From IMG/VR virus record IMGVR_UViG_3300037479_000143, positions 1 through 43,133 of that record: a stretch of DNA of 43,133 nucleotides; one strand, 5' to 3'. A program made the position numbers and the translations under genes. This stretch comes from a virus (Duplodnaviria > Caudoviricetes). Below are positions 26,199-35,599 of the stretch, piece by piece. The notes under the pieces are model-generated. The model had not been told where the DNA came from. It did no database searches and worked only from the letters and a program-made list of their open reading frames with translations. The stretch's first letter is position 1; each line of letters begins with the position of its first letter.

Positions 26199-27200
26199 TT
26201 ACTTGCCGCGCCATTTCTGGAACTGCTCGAAGAGGTTCTCACCTTCGGCGCCCGCCCCCGCGCGGCCGCCCGTAATCTTCAGGCCGGGGTAAGCGATGCC
26301 CGCCTTCTTCATCGCCGCCGCCAGGTTGGCCTGTTGCGCCTCCTGCTCGTTCAATTCCCCATCGCCGTTGCTGTCAAACTGGCTGAAATCAAACGGGTCT
26401 TCCGCCTTCGGCTTGCGCAAATAGCGGCCCTTCTCGTTCACCAGCCATCCGCTGGGCTGGCCGCCGATCAGCACTTCGGTCAGTTGCGGGGTCCGTCCGC
26501 CACCGTCGGGCTTGGGCAAGGCCAGGAAAGTGCCCGCACCCGTGTCACTTTGCACACCGAACACGTAGCCTTCCAGCCCTGGCACACTACGGATCGTGCC
26601 CGGCATCGCGCCGCCGCCCTTGGGCGTGAAGGCGCGGATGATGTCGTCAAATTCGCTCAGGCCCTCTGGCACGTAGCCCGACGTGCCCATCTCGGCGAGG
26701 ACGCCCTGCGGCGTGATCGGGGAGGTGCGCCGCGCAAACTCCTCATTGCTCAACGGTGAAGGCACGTTCTCCGGTTCCTGCCCCAGCTCGCCCAGGCGCC
26801 GGGCCAGCCCGGGAAACGCCCTGGCCCGGGCCTCCGCCCGCCGCTGCGCCGCAATCTGGTTCTTGACGTATTCGAGCGCCGCCGCCTCGCGCTCCAGGCG
26901 CGCGTTGATGCCCACCGCCTCGAAGGCGCCCTTCAAGTCGTCCGGCCCCATCAGGTCAAACGTGGCCGGAGCCGGCTCGCGCCCCTCGCGGAGCGCCTGC
27001 GCGGCGTCCAGATCCTTCAGCGTTTTGCGCAGGCTCACCGCCAGCTTGGCTTCCTGCTTCTCCTGCTCCTTCTTCCTGGCCATCGCCTCGAAGATGCGCG
27101 CGATGCCGCTGCCGGCCTGCTCGATGCCCGCGGCCAGCGCCCGCCCGCCTGCCAGCGCGTAATCCCCACTGCGATCCTGCACCTGCAAATTAAACGGCAT
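26199..27200 (-). CDS. Putative internal virion (DNA ejection) protein with a C-terminal EF-hand-like loop
   Basis: A/G/E/Q-rich helical N-terminus; DSNGDGELNEQE; lies between ejection genes. Confidence 0.7.
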   Translation of the reverse strand: MPFNLQVQDRSGDYALAGGRALAAGIEQAGSGIARIFEAMARKKEQEKQEAKLAVSLRKTLKDLDAAQALREGREPAPATFDLMGPDDLKGAFEAVGINARLEREAAALEYVKNQIAAQRRAEARARAFPGLARRLGELGQEPENVPSPLSNEEFARRTSPITPQGVLAEMGTSGYVPEGLSEFDDIIRAFTPKGGGAMPGTIRSVPGLEGYVFGVQSDTGAGTFLALPKPDGGGRTPQLTEVLIGGQPSGWLVNEKGRYLRKPKAEDPFDFSQFDSNGDGELNEQEAQQANLAAAMKKAGIAYPGLKITGGRAGAGAEGENLFEQFQKWRGK

Positions 27201-28335
27201 AATTTTGCTCCGGTTGAGGGTTCTTCATTTCCGCAATCCGCTCCTCCATCCAATGGCGCACATCGGGCTTGTGCTGCGGGTGTTCGCGCAGGTAATCGGC
27301 CACCTGCGGGCCAATGAGGGTGTAAAGCTGCACGAACCACGGTGGCGCCATCGTCAACAGCCAGGTGCGGAACTGGAGCCATTGCCGGTTGTCCGCGCCG
27401 AACACCTCGCGGGCCACCCAGCAGATCATCGCCCCGCCCGCCGCCCCGGCGATATTGCCAAGACTGCCAATGGCCGCGCTGTAAAGCTGGTATTCGGCGG
27501 CCTTGTCGGCGGATGCCTTGTTGCGCCGGCTAAACAGGTCCGCGTAATGCGCATTCAACAGATCACTGCCGTAGGTCGGCTCGACCGCATTGTAAGGCCC
27601 CAGCCGGCTGGCGCCCTGGCTGTAGGCGCCTTGGGCGAAAGGCAGGCTCACCGCCGGGCGCCCCAGCACCACCATCAGTGGGTCGGTCGTCTCGGCCCGC
27701 GTGCCGCCCAACGCGGCAAGCGCACGGTTGGTTCGCAACGTCCGCAGATCCTCGCCATGCGTGACGAGCGCGAGGGCCTCCTGCAATAGATCGTTCTCGC
27801 TGCCCTGGCCGAAGCCCGCGCTGCTGCGGTTCATACGGGCCAACTGCTGCACGCGGCGCAGCTCCCTCGGGTCCATGTCTGCGCCCAGGCCGAATTGCGC
27901 CATCGCCTCGCGCAACAGTTGGTCCTCATACGCCTTGCGCTGGACATTGCGCGGGTCGGCGTCCTCCGCCGCCAGCCGGGCGCGGGTGTAATCCCCGCCA
28001 AACTGCTCCAGGTCCGCCAGGTCCGCCTGCCGCTGCGCGCGGTTCGCGCTGGCCGCCAGATCCTCCGACGCCGGCCCGACGATCCGCCGGTAGATGTCCG
28101 CCATCGCCCCGGCGGAATCCTCTGCCGCCGCCCGTTCGAGCGCCAACAGGCGCGGCTGCAATTCCTCCTGCAAGTCCACCCCTCCACGGATGAACGCATT
28201 GTAGAGGTCGATCTTCCTCTGCGCCTTCTTGCCGAGGCTCCATTTGTTCTTCTTGCCCGACATGCCCAGCGCATCACTCAGCAGCGCCCCGCCTACGGGG
28301 TCGCCCGTCTTGAAGAGTTTTTCAAACAAGCCCAT
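27190..28335 (-). CDS. Putative internal virion (DNA ejection/pilot) protein with a C-terminal CWVAR (CFI-box-CTERM-like) domain
   Basis: A/Q-rich helices, Gly-rich hydrophobic SAAIGSLGNIAGAAGGA, then ICWVAREVFG...FRTWL...FVQLY...GPQVA. Confidence 0.72.
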   Translation of the reverse strand: MGLFEKLFKTGDPVGGALLSDALGMSGKKNKWSLGKKAQRKIDLYNAFIRGGVDLQEELQPRLLALERAAAEDSAGAMADIYRRIVGPASEDLAASANRAQRQADLADLEQFGGDYTRARLAAEDADPRNVQRKAYEDQLLREAMAQFGLGADMDPRELRRVQQLARMNRSSAGFGQGSENDLLQEALALVTHGEDLRTLRTNRALAALGGTRAETTDPLMVVLGRPAVSLPFAQGAYSQGASRLGPYNAVEPTYGSDLLNAHYADLFSRRNKASADKAAEYQLYSAAIGSLGNIAGAAGGAMICWVAREVFGADNRQWLQFRTWLLTMAPPWFVQLYTLIGPQVADYLREHPQHKPDVRHWMEERIAEMKNPQPEQNYAV

Positions 28336-28344
28336 AAGTTTTCT

Positions 28345-30033
28345 TCAGTTAGCCGCCACCACCAGGCTGAGGTAGCTCGGGTTAAACGCCGAGCCACTGT
28401 TGTCTTCGGTGATGAACGCGCAGTAGTCGGCCGTCGGCGCGCCATTGTAGGAGAAGATCCCACGGCTGCTGCCGTTGCTCACCAGGCTCGCCACCAGCGC
28501 GTAATCCGCCGCGCTGAAGGATTGCCGGAAATAGACCACGAAAGATCCCGTCGTCGCGCTGGCACCGCTGGTCACATGCCGGACGCCGGCGATGTTGTAG
28601 CCGGTGAATTTGCTGAAGCCCGTCTTGGCCGAATCGGACGGCACGTAGATCAGCCGATTGGTGCCACTGCCCGCCGCCCCCAGCGTCACCGTGCTGGTGT
28701 TGTCGATGGCGCCCTGTGCCGTGGTGTGCAGAGTGATCGTATTCGCGTCACTCGGGCGGGCGTAATAGGGCGTATTCGCGCTCAAGCCGCCCGGCAGCGT
28801 GGTGCCCTGGGCGAAGCTCACCAGTTGCACGTTGTTCAGCGTGGTGGGCGGCGTGCTGCCCAGGCCGTGGCCAGTCACCGTCAGGTTGTTTCCGCTCGGC
28901 GTGTTGTTGATGGTTGGATTCTGCGTCGAGGTCAGGTCCACCGCCAGCCACGCCTTGGCCGCAGAGGGCGGCGAGGGATTGACCAACTGGAACACCGTCC
29001 CGTCATAGACCACCTCGACAATGCCATTCACCTTGATGTCGTTGGCGTCCAGGTTGCGGTCGATATGCTTCTTGATCGTCGGCGGCGTGGCCAAGCCGCT
29101 GACCGCCAGCGTGCTGCTGCCCGTGTTGGTGTTGGCCGCGCGGAAATAGAGCGGCCGGCCCTGCAACTGGCTGTAACTGGTGTAGGCGGTTCCCGGCGCG
29201 ATGGCGTAGGCATTGGCCGTGCCCGTGTCCGTGTGGACATACTCCAACACACTCCCACCGCTCTGGCTCTGAAGCTGATAGGCGTCATTGGCCACTTCGT
29301 AAATCATCTCCACGATTTGGCCTTGCTTCAGGTCGCCGGCCACCAGCGGCACGTTCATCTGCCGGCGCAACGGTCGCGCGCCCAGCGCCACCCCGCCAAT
29401 GGTGACGTTCACCGTCACCGCGCCCGTGTTCGCGTTTGGGACCTTCCAACGGATGGGCACCCCCTCCAGGTCTGCAATCGCCAGGGTGTAACTGCCCGGC
29501 GGCGTGAGCGTCACGGCATAGGCGTCCGTGCCCGTGGTCGTCGTGGCCTGGAAATAGTTGGCCGTGCGGCTGGTGTGACTCGTCATCTGCCACGCCCCGG
29601 CGCCGCCGTCACCCGCCGTGTCGTAGCGCGCCTCGACGATTTGGTTGGCCACAATGTCGCCAGGCTTGAGCGTCTCGGTCTTGTTCTTGAAGAGCTTCTT
29701 GGCCGTTCCGCCGTCCAATTGCAGCCGGATGCCGTTGATGCCCGGCACGCCGTTGGCATTGGCCTTGAAGGCCACCCACAGGCCATCGGTCAACGCGACA
29801 TTGGGCGCGAAGTCCAGGTCGTAATCCCCGCTGCTGAACGTGACTGTGCTCGTGTAATAGACCGCGCCCGCCACCAGCTTGGCCGCCGTCACGCTGGCGT
29901 CGGTGATTTCCGACGTGCCCACCGTGCCCGTCACGGAGAACGTCGGCTGGCCGAGCTGGTTGAGCTTGGGGATCGTCACCTTCTCGGTGCTGGCGAACTG
30001 TTTGCCTGGTGTGACTGTGACTGTCAGTGCCAT
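28345..30033 (-). CDS. Tail fibre / spike protein
   Basis: N-terminal TVTPG...VTIPKLNQL anchor, ITDASVTAAKL, three repeats of an (ANTG..T..V...L..GDI....IVE..YD....FQL)-like module, C-terminal AKAW...YNI..V...GSFVVYF...DY domain. Confidence 0.8.
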   Translation of the reverse strand: MALTVTVTPGKQFASTEKVTIPKLNQLGQPTFSVTGTVGTSEITDASVTAAKLVAGAVYYTSTVTFSSGDYDLDFAPNVALTDGLWVAFKANANGVPGINGIRLQLDGGTAKKLFKNKTETLKPGDIVANQIVEARYDTAGDGGAGAWQMTSHTSRTANYFQATTTTGTDAYAVTLTPPGSYTLAIADLEGVPIRWKVPNANTGAVTVNVTIGGVALGARPLRRQMNVPLVAGDLKQGQIVEMIYEVANDAYQLQSQSGGSVLEYVHTDTGTANAYAIAPGTAYTSYSQLQGRPLYFRAANTNTGSSTLAVSGLATPPTIKKHIDRNLDANDIKVNGIVEVVYDGTVFQLVNPSPPSAAKAWLAVDLTSTQNPTINNTPSGNNLTVTGHGLGSTPPTTLNNVQLVSFAQGTTLPGGLSANTPYYARPSDANTITLHTTAQGAIDNTSTVTLGAAGSGTNRLIYVPSDSAKTGFSKFTGYNIAGVRHVTSGASATTGSFVVYFRQSFSAADYALVASLVSNGSSRGIFSYNGAPTADYCAFITEDNSGSAFNPSYLSLVVAAN

Positions 30034-30037
30034 ACGA

Positions 30038-32524
30038 TTAAGCCTTTGTTCCCGCGCTGAAGTTGTCTTCGTTGGTTTCGAGGGCCACCGCCATGACGCG
30101 CATCCGGCCCTGCTCGTTGGTCAGACGCACCAGCGCCGCGCGTCCACTGGCGTTGCTGCGCTCCGTGATTCGCGCCTCCTGATGCAAGCCCAGCGCCACA
30201 CCCTCCACCGTGGTGTGCAACGCGAAATCCGCCGCCGCACCCGTGCCACTGCCCAGCAACACCGAATAGTCCTGCCGATACGGGGTCAGGAAATCCCCGT
30301 TGTCGTTGTCCAGGTCGAAGGCCGCCGCGTCGCTCGGCTCGTAGTAAGCGGTGCGGTCGCGTGTCTGGTCGGTGAGGATGGCCTGCTCCTCGTTGACCCC
30401 CGTCGTCACCAAGTCGATGGACGTTTGCGGCGCCCAGGTCTGGAGATCCACCGTCAGCCAGTCGAAATCATCCAGGGCCAGCACGTCGCTGGCATAGCCG
30501 CGCGTGGTCAACGTGGCGATCACCGGCTGGGTCGCGTTGGGAACGACCGTGGCCCAGGAGCCGGTCGTCGCCACCACGGGCGTCACGCCGTTGCTCGCGT
30601 AGAACCGAACCCCGGTCGGCGTCACATTTCCTCCCAACGCAAAGGACTCGGCGTTGTCACTCGCGCCCCAACTGCCCAGGAACAGGTTCTCGGCGTAACC
30701 CGTGCCGCTGTCCACGTAAAGGTTCGTGGCCGCCACCGTGGCGTTGCCCAAGCCGTTGCCCCAATTCGGAGGCGTCAACGAATTCGTGGCCGAAGCAAAG
30801 GCCGTGATGGTCACGCCGGTATTCACCTTGATCGTGTCCCCTGCCGACGGAGAAGCCGTCACGAGTACGTCCGTATAAGGAACGGCCAGTTGGTCTTCGT
30901 AGTCCTCCTCCAACAAGGCCACCCAGCCATCGTGCGTCACGCTCAAGAGCCGGCGCACCGACGACACCGTAAAGCGGAAATGCTCCCGCCAGGAGAATTG
31001 ATCCGCGGTGTCATAACCGCTCCACGCCCCATTGAGAAAGTCATAGACCAGACAGGCGTTGTTGACCGCCTTGGCCACGCGCCGCAAGGAAGCGGCCTGA
31101 CTGTAATTCGCGAGATCGACCACCACATCCACCGCCACGAAATCCGTGGACCGCGTGTAGGTCGTCGTGCCATTGACCAAGAAATCCGTATCGCCGCCCT
31201 TGATGAAGCGGTAGGTGGCCCCGATCACCGTGTTCGGACTCCAGAGGGCCATGCGCCCATCCGCGATTTCCGGCCCGAGCACTTCCGCGTCATCCAGGGG
31301 CACGGCCAGGTAATACTTCGAGTCCCACACCTGCGCCGTGGCCCCGCTGGCATACTTCCAATTGATCCGGTCAATGAGCGGCTGGATCGGGTCGCTGACC
31401 GGCAGCACCACCCCTTGCAGCTTGTTCTGCTCCGTCTGCGTGATGGACATGACACCCAGCTCGGAGAGAAACCACAGATCCTTGCCGACGTGCGCAATGC
31501 TCTTGCGCGCCACGCATCCGAACTCGCTGGTCAACTCGTCCTGCTGAAGCGCGCTCAGGTTGCCATAGACATTGGACAGCGCGTAGATGCTGTGCTCCTT
31601 CAGCGCGATGATGGTCGTGTCGTTGAACTTCGTTACCGCCACCAGCTCATCCGCACTGCCCTGGTTGATCTTGAACTCCTGCAACACCGGCACATAACGG
31701 GTGTAATCGTTCAAGTCCGACACGGCGATCTCGTCGTGGTCGTTCGGGATGAAGAGCCGGTTTTGCAGGAAGAGCGAGTGTGTGGCATTCGGGATGGCCT
31801 CCGTGCCATTGCCGCTGGGCGTCTGGTCCACCAGTTGCCAGGGCTGCGTGATGCGCGGCAGCATCAAGGTCGGCTCACTGGCGCCCCGGTGCATCAAGAG
31901 CACGTCGAAGGCTTGGGTGAACTCCACCCGCCCAGCCAACGTTACCCCGGTGGGCAGCGTCATCTGTTGCGGCGCATTGTTCGGCTGCGTGTAATACACC
32001 TGCCCTCCAGCCGCGATGATCAGATACTCCTGGAGCGTATAAGGGTCGCTGAACACCCCCACGCCATGCACCTCGCCCCAGGGCTGGGTGTTGTAAGTGT
32101 TGAGCACCGGGCTGCCCGTGGCCGGCGTGGCGGGGCTGCCGGCCACCGGGTAGGTAAAGGTGGTGGCACCCGTCACCGTCACGATGAACGTGCCGTTGTA
32201 TTCCGGCTGCGTCGCCCCGGAGATGACGGCCACGCTGTTCGTCGCCAGCGAATGCGGGCTGACCGTCGTCGCCGTCGCCGTCGAGCCGCTGCGCGTGATG
32301 CCGGCGGCAATCGTCCCGGTGGTCGTCTTGTTCGCCCAGGGGGGGAAGATAAAACCCTTGCGGGTCTCGGCGATGCCGTTGCGGAAGCGCATGTTGACCG
32401 CATCACTCACGTAGCCCGGCGGCAAGAGCGCCGGGTCCAGGCGCATGTTCACGCCAATGAAGGTGCGGTCGCCCAGCGGCTTGGGCTGGTCGTCCAGTGC
32501 TCCGTATTGGTCGTAGCGCGTCAC
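30038..32524 (-). CDS. Tail tubular/nozzle protein (beta-propeller; T7 gp12 or P22 gp10-like position)
   Basis: GDRTFIGVNMRLDP...NMRF, FTQAFD, QNRLFIP, IAVSD, FGCVARKSI, WFLSELGV, YYLAVP, LVYDF; 828 aa. Confidence 0.8.
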   Translation of the reverse strand: MTRYDQYGALDDQPKPLGDRTFIGVNMRLDPALLPPGYVSDAVNMRFRNGIAETRKGFIFPPWANKTTTGTIAAGITRSGSTATATTVSPHSLATNSVAVISGATQPEYNGTFIVTVTGATTFTYPVAGSPATPATGSPVLNTYNTQPWGEVHGVGVFSDPYTLQEYLIIAAGGQVYYTQPNNAPQQMTLPTGVTLAGRVEFTQAFDVLLMHRGASEPTLMLPRITQPWQLVDQTPSGNGTEAIPNATHSLFLQNRLFIPNDHDEIAVSDLNDYTRYVPVLQEFKINQGSADELVAVTKFNDTTIIALKEHSIYALSNVYGNLSALQQDELTSEFGCVARKSIAHVGKDLWFLSELGVMSITQTEQNKLQGVVLPVSDPIQPLIDRINWKYASGATAQVWDSKYYLAVPLDDAEVLGPEIADGRMALWSPNTVIGATYRFIKGGDTDFLVNGTTTYTRSTDFVAVDVVVDLANYSQAASLRRVAKAVNNACLVYDFLNGAWSGYDTADQFSWREHFRFTVSSVRRLLSVTHDGWVALLEEDYEDQLAVPYTDVLVTASPSAGDTIKVNTGVTITAFASATNSLTPPNWGNGLGNATVAATNLYVDSGTGYAENLFLGSWGASDNAESFALGGNVTPTGVRFYASNGVTPVVATTGSWATVVPNATQPVIATLTTRGYASDVLALDDFDWLTVDLQTWAPQTSIDLVTTGVNEEQAILTDQTRDRTAYYEPSDAAAFDLDNDNGDFLTPYRQDYSVLLGSGTGAAADFALHTTVEGVALGLHQEARITERSNASGRAALVRLTNEQGRMRVMAVALETNEDNFSAGTKA

Positions 32525-32528
32525 GGCG

Positions 32529-33209
32529 TCAAAAGGCGGGCACTTCAGCCCATTGCACGTTCACCGCGAAATTCCACGTCATCGTCGCCGGCCAGGCTAC
32601 CGCGCCGTTGCGCACCACGAACCCTTCCTGATTCGCCAGCACAATCGGATGCTGTCCTTCTTGACTGGCGTTAAAAAGGTCAGTGAGTGGCAGCAAGTTC
32701 AAACTGGCAGCCGTCGTAATGGCACCCGTGCCAATCCCGATGGCGACCGCCCCAAAGTTGGTCGTGTCCAGCGTCTTGGTTCCAGCGGTCAACCCTGCCG
32801 TGGTCGAAATGCCCGCGTCATTCACTTCGCTGGTTGCCATCGCTGTTCTCAGGTTCACATTGTCGCCCGTGAGCGTCAGGCGGGTGCCACCAGAACCCGC
32901 TGCCGTCCAACTACGGGCCATCGTGGCCACAAAGCCCACAATCGCCGCCGCGGTCGCCGCCACGTTAGTCCCCGCAGAGATGGCAATGCGGTAAACCAAT
33001 GCAACCCGCGATGCAGCCGTAACGTAGCGGAACTGGAACAACTCGGCGTTTGCCGCGAGTGCTGCCGCCATCGTGCCGCTGATCGCGCCGATTCGATAAT
33101 AACCACCAGCGCCATAGCTGACGGGCAATTGAACCGTATGCAATGGCGATGCCGCTTCCGCCCCCACGCCTGCCAGCGATGCTGAAACCCCACCTTCAAG
33201 AACCGCCAT
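32529..33209 (-). CDS. Putative structural (tail-associated) protein
   Basis: A/G/T-rich beta protein in the tail block, ending VQWAEVP. Confidence 0.65.
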   Translation of the reverse strand: MAVLEGGVSASLAGVGAEAASPLHTVQLPVSYGAGGYYRIGAISGTMAAALAANAELFQFRYVTAASRVALVYRIAISAGTNVAATAAAIVGFVATMARSWTAAGSGGTRLTLTGDNVNLRTAMATSEVNDAGISTTAGLTAGTKTLDTTNFGAVAIGIGTGAITTAASLNLLPLTDLFNASQEGQHPIVLANQEGFVVRNGAVAWPATMTWNFAVNVQWAEVPAF

Positions 33210-33218
33210 AGAAGCCTT

Positions 33219-34361
33219 TCATGCTAGAACCATATAAGAGAACTTCACGTTGCCTCGAACCATGCCCACGCGCCGCACGGGGCCACCAGCAACCGAGTTT
33301 GCGTCTTTGAGACCGGGCACAATTGCGCTCGCCGGCTGGCCGCCCGCGCTGGCCCGATGCTGAAGCACAATCATCGGCGGGGTCTGCCACTTCACCACGG
33401 CGCTGCCGGTCCCCGGCTCCACTGACAAAACGGACACCGGCTGAAGTTCCGCCTCGTCCGCCCGCGTGCCCTTGCCTGTGTAGGGGCCGGGCGCCTGCCA
33501 ACACAGAACCTTGCTGGAAGCACTAATAGCCGCGTCGGTGATCGTGAACTTGCCCGTCCACTTCGCCGGACTGCCCAAATCCACCTCGACTGTGGTCGCC
33601 GACGAGCCGCCACCGCCACCGGAGGCGTTGAGAGTGGTGCCGGACATGGACAAGTTCGTGCCCAGCGTGATTTCCTCTGGGTCCCCAGCGCCCGCCGCTG
33701 AACCACGGCCCAAGAGCCGGGAGGCCGCGGACAGGTCCTGCATCTTGCCATACGTCACTGCATTATCTGCAATTTCATTCGTCGCCACCGTGCCCGAAGA
33801 CAAGCCCGTAAAAGTATCCACCCGGACAACGCCACTGGTGGAGAGAGGAGTGAACGTCAATTCTCCGATCAACGGCAGGTAGTTCAGGATGGAAACAGCA
33901 GTGCCCGACGTAATGTCCGCGACGGGGCCAGTAGAGTTGGAGGCCCGGCCCAGCACACTGATCCCCGCCGAGTCGCGCAACTTGGCATTCGTCACCACGG
34001 AGTTGTCGATGGTCCACGTCGCGCCCCCGCCAGACACCGTGATGTCGCCCTTGTCGCCGTCACTCACGCCCGCGCCCGCCGCCGGCACCCAGGCCGAGCC
34101 GTTCCACGTCGCCACGTCGTTCGTCGCCGCGCCGCTCTGCTCCAAATCGGAGAGCGCGTGAGAGTGCGCCGCGGCCGCCTTCGCATCCAGCGCCAGACCC
34201 AGGCCCGTCACGTCGGCCATGTCGTGCGTGTGCGCCACCGGTGTCCGGGCGTCACTGAGGCGCGGGTCCGAGTTGAGCACGAAGTTGCTCAACGAGCCGC
34301 TCAGCGCCCAGGGCGCCCGGTCGGGGTTCACGTAAGTCGTGACTGCGCTATCGTGGACCAT
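33219..34361 (-). CDS. Tail fibre-like protein
   Basis: DPRLSDARTPVAHTHD.ADVTGL and AHSH HxH repeats, WNGSAWVP, DGDKGDITVS, VTNAKL / VTYGKM repeats. Confidence 0.75.
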   Translation of the reverse strand: MVHDSAVTTYVNPDRAPWALSGSLSNFVLNSDPRLSDARTPVAHTHDMADVTGLGLALDAKAAAAHSHALSDLEQSGAATNDVATWNGSAWVPAAGAGVSDGDKGDITVSGGGATWTIDNSVVTNAKLRDSAGISVLGRASNSTGPVADITSGTAVSILNYLPLIGELTFTPLSTSGVVRVDTFTGLSSGTVATNEIADNAVTYGKMQDLSAASRLLGRGSAAGAGDPEEITLGTNLSMSGTTLNASGGGGGSSATTVEVDLGSPAKWTGKFTITDAAISASSKVLCWQAPGPYTGKGTRADEAELQPVSVLSVEPGTGSAVVKWQTPPMIVLQHRASAGGQPASAIVPGLKDANSVAGGPVRRVGMVRGNVKFSYMVLA

Positions 34362-34374
34362 TTAGAGTCTGTCC

Positions 34375-34500
34375 ATGCGTTCACACCGCCGCATTGTCGA
34401 GGAGGCCGCCAGCCTCGGAGCCGGACTCCCGCCGTGGTTCCGCTGGGCCTTGCTGGCGTTCCTCGCGGCCTGCCTGCTGATTCGCTGGCTGACCGAGTAA
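34375..34500 (+). CDS. Small antisense-oriented membrane peptide (41 aa), not in the ORF track
   Basis: MRSHRRIVEEAASLGAGLPPWFRWALLAFLAACLLIRWLTE*; one TM-like segment; fills an otherwise unexplained gap of about 180 bp. Confidence 0.45.
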   Translation: MRSHRRIVEEAASLGAGLPPWFRWALLAFLAACLLIRWLTE

Positions 34501-34544
34501 GAGAACAACGGTTCCTTCGCCGGCCGCGCTATCGTGCGTCCAGG

Positions 34545-34856
34545 TCATTCAGGCGCGGGCGCGTCGGCGTTGAGGTCGTCGAGCGCCTGACTGGCCGCGC
34601 GGAGGTTCACCGCCAGGACATCCAGCGCGTCGAGCTTGAGCATGGCGCCGGAGGGGATTTCCACGTCGCCCAGCGCGGCGATGATTTCCGCCTTGGCCTT
34701 GTTCAGTTGCTCCCCCACGCCATTGAGCGCGGTCACGATGTTGTCGAGCTTGCCTTCCAGTGTGCTGAGTTTTGCCATGATGATGATTTGGTTTTTGATG
34801 ATGGTTTGTCGCTGCTTTTCGGTGGAGAACGGCCTCCGCCAAAATTGTAGGTGCAT
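34545..34856 (-). CDS. Coiled-coil hypothetical protein
   Basis: Heptad-rich MAKLSTLEGKLDNIVTALNGVGEQLNKAKAEI. Start at 34856 (next to the upstream stop) or 34778. Confidence 0.65.
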   Translation of the reverse strand: MHLQFWRRPFSTEKQRQTIIKNQIIIMAKLSTLEGKLDNIVTALNGVGEQLNKAKAEIIAALGDVEIPSGAMLKLDALDVLAVNLRAASQALDDLNADAPAPE

Positions 34857-34857
34857 A

Positions 34858-35598
34858 TCAGAAGTGGAGGTTGGCCCCCACCCGGAAGAGCGCGTGTCCC
34901 AGCGTCTTGAAGTCGTGTGTCCACCGTCCATCGGCGAACACCCCGAAGGTTTTACTCGCGCGGAACTCCACGCCGGCCCCGGCGTTGAACCGCCAGTCTC
35001 CGGCGTCCCTGATCGTGGTCTGGGTCAAGCTGCCTTCCTTCTTGTCGTAGGTCGCGCGCGTGCGGCTGGCGCCTTCCCAGCAATGACTCACCCCAAGCAG
35101 CCCGTAGGGCGCAAACCCGGTGTGCCGGATCGGCAGGAAGCCCTTCAGGTTGAGGCCCGTCTCGTCGAGGGCCGCGTGTCCGGCGTCTTCCGTCAGGGAT
35201 TCGAGCGCCAACGCCACGTTGTCCTTGAGGAAGTAACTCACCTCCGCCCCGCCGCCGAAGCGGCCTCCCAGTGAGTTGAACTCGTGGGCGCGATACGAGG
35301 CGAAGCCCGCCACCGTCCACTGGCCGGCGGCGTATTCTACCGCCGGCGCGGATACTGCCGGAGAAAAGCCCGCCAGTAAGCCCACGAGAACCACCACGGC
35401 CGCCGCCGCGGCCTTGCGGAGTTGCTTGCCGAAGGTGATTTCCTCCTTCGAGCCGTAGGTGAAGTTCGCGCTTTCGACGGTGTGGCCCGCGTTCTTGAGA
35501 ACTTGGACGAACTCCGCCGCGAGCCGGTCCGCGTCGGTCGGATTGTTTTCATTGTGATGGCAACCCATGCCTTGGATGTTGATGTTCCAGTTACCCAT
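34858..35598 (-). CDS. OmpA/Ail-like outer-membrane beta-barrel with an extra N-terminal domain ahead of its signal peptide
   Basis: Amphipathic strands GGGAEVSYF, FAPYGLLGV, NAGAGVEFR, GVFADGRW and C-terminal FRVGANLHF (terminal Phe, BAM-type signal). The signal-like segment starts only at about residue 58. Confidence 0.8.
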   Translation of the reverse strand: MGNWNINIQGMGCHHNENNPTDADRLAAEFVQVLKNAGHTVESANFTYGSKEEITFGKQLRKAAAAAVVVLVGLLAGFSPAVSAPAVEYAAGQWTVAGFASYRAHEFNSLGGRFGGGAEVSYFLKDNVALALESLTEDAGHAALDETGLNLKGFLPIRHTGFAPYGLLGVSHCWEGASRTRATYDKKEGSLTQTTIRDAGDWRFNAGAGVEFRASKTFGVFADGRWTHDFKTLGHALFRVGANLHF

Positions 35599-35599
35599 A

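Noticed and set aside
17331-32674. Long plus-strand ORFs (816, 586, 412, 721, 931 aa)
   Set aside because: All lie opposite well-supported minus-strand genes and have R/A/H/V-rich shadow composition.
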